The notes under the pieces were generated by a model. The model saw only the letters and a list, made by a program, of their open reading frames with translations. It had not been told where the DNA came from and searched no databases. A program made the translations under genes and the position numbers. This document shows positions 62,915-64,000 of a stretch of DNA of 64,000 nucleotides, piece by piece. The stretch's first letter is position 1, and every line of letters starts with the position of its first letter. The DNA comes from an uncultured Acidimicrobiaceae bacterium (GTDB lineage Bacteria; Actinomycetota; Acidimicrobiia; Acidimicrobiales; Palsa-688), in NCBI GenBank assembly GCA_963828435.1, contig CAWHFG010000005.1, positions 746,604 to 810,603 of the forward strand. The letters run 5' to 3'.

Positions 62915-63658
62915 ATGACCGGTTTCCCGCCGCAGCCTCTGAACGGTGCTCTGATCGGTCACCTCGCCGTCAGGAACCTTTCATACTCATACGGCGCGCT
63001 CAGGGCCATTGATGACATATCGCTTGAAGTTCAGGCTGGCCAGATTTGCTGTGTTCTGGGCCCAAATGGCGCAGGTAAGTCGACTCTCGGCGCCGCCATC
63101 GTGGGTGGCCTGCTCACGCCTCCCGGCTCCATCTACCTCGGCGGCCGTGATGTTAGCGGAGAGAAACTCTACCGGCGGGCCCAACGAGGAGTGGCCTACG
63201 TGCCCGAAGGAGGGGCGGTCTTCCCTGCGTTGACGGTAAGCGAGAATTTGTGCCTCGGTACCAAAGGTTTGACCAAGCGCAAACGGGCTGATATCACCGA
63301 ACGGGCCGCTTCGGTCTTCCCCTTCCTCGGTACTCGGCGCGACACACGGGCGGGAATGCTTTCGGGCGGCGAGCAGCAGATGCTCGCACTCGCTCGAATC
63401 CTCATCAGCGAGCCGGTACTGGTCGTCGTCGATGAGCTGTCTCATGGCCTGGCCCCGGCCATCGTGGAGCAACTCTTCCAGACCCTGGCAACCTTACGCG
63501 GTCGCAGCACCTTCGTGTTGATCGAGCAGTACCTGGGACGTGCCTATCAGCTGGCGGATTCGATCCTCGTGCTGTCCCAGGGCTCGCCGGCGTACTGGGG
63601 CGCGGCGCGGGACATTTCGATCGCCGAGTTGGAGGCGCTCTACCATCTCCTGGAGTAG
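62915..63658 (+). CDS. ABC transporter ATP-binding protein (LivF-like)
   Basis: Walker A GPNGAGKST, signature LSGGEQQMLALAR and Walker B LVVVDELSHGL. Confidence 0.85.
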   Translation: MTGFPPQPLNGALIGHLAVRNLSYSYGALRAIDDISLEVQAGQICCVLGPNGAGKSTLGAAIVGGLLTPPGSIYLGGRDVSGEKLYRRAQRGVAYVPEGGAVFPALTVSENLCLGTKGLTKRKRADITERAASVFPFLGTRRDTRAGMLSGGEQQMLALARILISEPVLVVVDELSHGLAPAIVEQLFQTLATLRGRSTFVLIEQYLGRAYQLADSILVLSQGSPAYWGAARDISIAELEALYHLLE

Positions 63659-63696
63659 CGGGGCTGAGAGCCGCGACAGGGGCTGGGGTCAGGCGG

Positions 63697-64000
63697 TCAC
63701 CCGGACATGACGCGGCCCGCATCAACCACAAGTGACTGACCCGTGATGGTCCGGGCGTCTTCGGACGCGAGGAACAAGGCCGCACGCGCCACCTCCTCCG
63801 GGGTGCTGATGGTTCGCAACGCCGTATCGCCCACCAGCAGTTCGTGCTGCTCATCGTCCGACAGACCGTTCTCGCCAGCGATCCTGTGGACCCAATTCCG
63901 GTACAGATCCGTGTCGATGCCGCCGGGTACCAGACAGTTCACGCGCACTCCGTACTGCCCAGCTTCCAGGGCCGCCACTTTTGTGAAGGTGCGGAGACCT
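63697..64000 (-). CDS. SDR-family oxidoreductase, C-terminal part (5' end outside the window)
   Basis: The frame stays open to the window edge (GLRTFTKVAALEAGQYGVRVNCLVPGGIDT...GQSLVVDAGRVMSG). The track M at 63978 is an internal GTG. Confidence 0.7.
   Translation of the reverse strand, partial: GLRTFTKVAALEAGQYGVRVNCLVPGGIDTDLYRNWVHRIAGENGLSDDEQHELLVGDTALRTISTPEEVARAALFLASEDARTITGQSLVVDAGRVMSG

Noticed and set aside
1-64000. Mobile elements, prophage, genomic-island boundaries, tRNA/rRNA genes.
   Set aside because: I saw no transposase, integrase, recombinase or phage-like ORFs, no long inverted terminal repeats and no tRNA-like cloverleaf candidates in the lower-GC intergenic stretches I read. 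The composition looks uniform. I have no positive evidence for any of these, so none is reported.

Overview
G+C-rich, densely coding chromosomal window. F420-type enzyme families, many acyl-CoA genes and TetR/GntR/PadR regulators suggest Actinomycetota, but this is inference only. I recognised no rRNA, tRNA, transposase, integrase, prophage or CRISPR.

Five functional blocks:
- (i) 1-25.8 kb: acyl-CoA / lipid (possibly steroid-like) catabolism. It holds two pairs of hotdog hydratase genes, three acyl-CoA dehydrogenases, four crotonases, an acyl-CoA synthetase and a family III CoA-transferase. It also holds F420-type oxidoreductases, an AtuA/DUF4387 pair, a split transketolase and two paralogous P450s.
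- (ii) 26.6-31.8 kb: two aldehyde dehydrogenases, a PadR regulator and an aldo/keto reductase.
- (iii) 31.8-45.8 kb: treY-treZ-glgX, followed by a divergent sulfatase / Stf0-type sulfotransferase pair and three flavin (LLM) monooxygenases. This is my best candidate for an undescribed system: making and breaking trehalose sulfate.
- (iv) 46.2-53.2 kb: membrane-lipid phosphate remodelling cluster (DUF4395, tiny hydrophobic ORF, PAP2, YihY, DAG-kinase-like, PAP2, PLD-like). It contains a perfect 21-bp x 8 tandem repeat.
- (v) 53.3-64 kb: TetR, crotonase, SDR, ADP-forming acyl-CoA synthetase and a Liv-type ABC importer whose LivH, LivM and LivG modules are fused in one 952-aa ORF.

Two cross-cutting observations:
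- At least seven conserved genes are broken by frameshifts, and those I could resolve to the base sit in short G/C runs. This points to assembly indels rather than decay.
- Short tandem duplications (7-21 bp) recur at regulatory or intergenic positions.

The many long antisense ORFs in the track are shadow ORFs typical of high-GC DNA.
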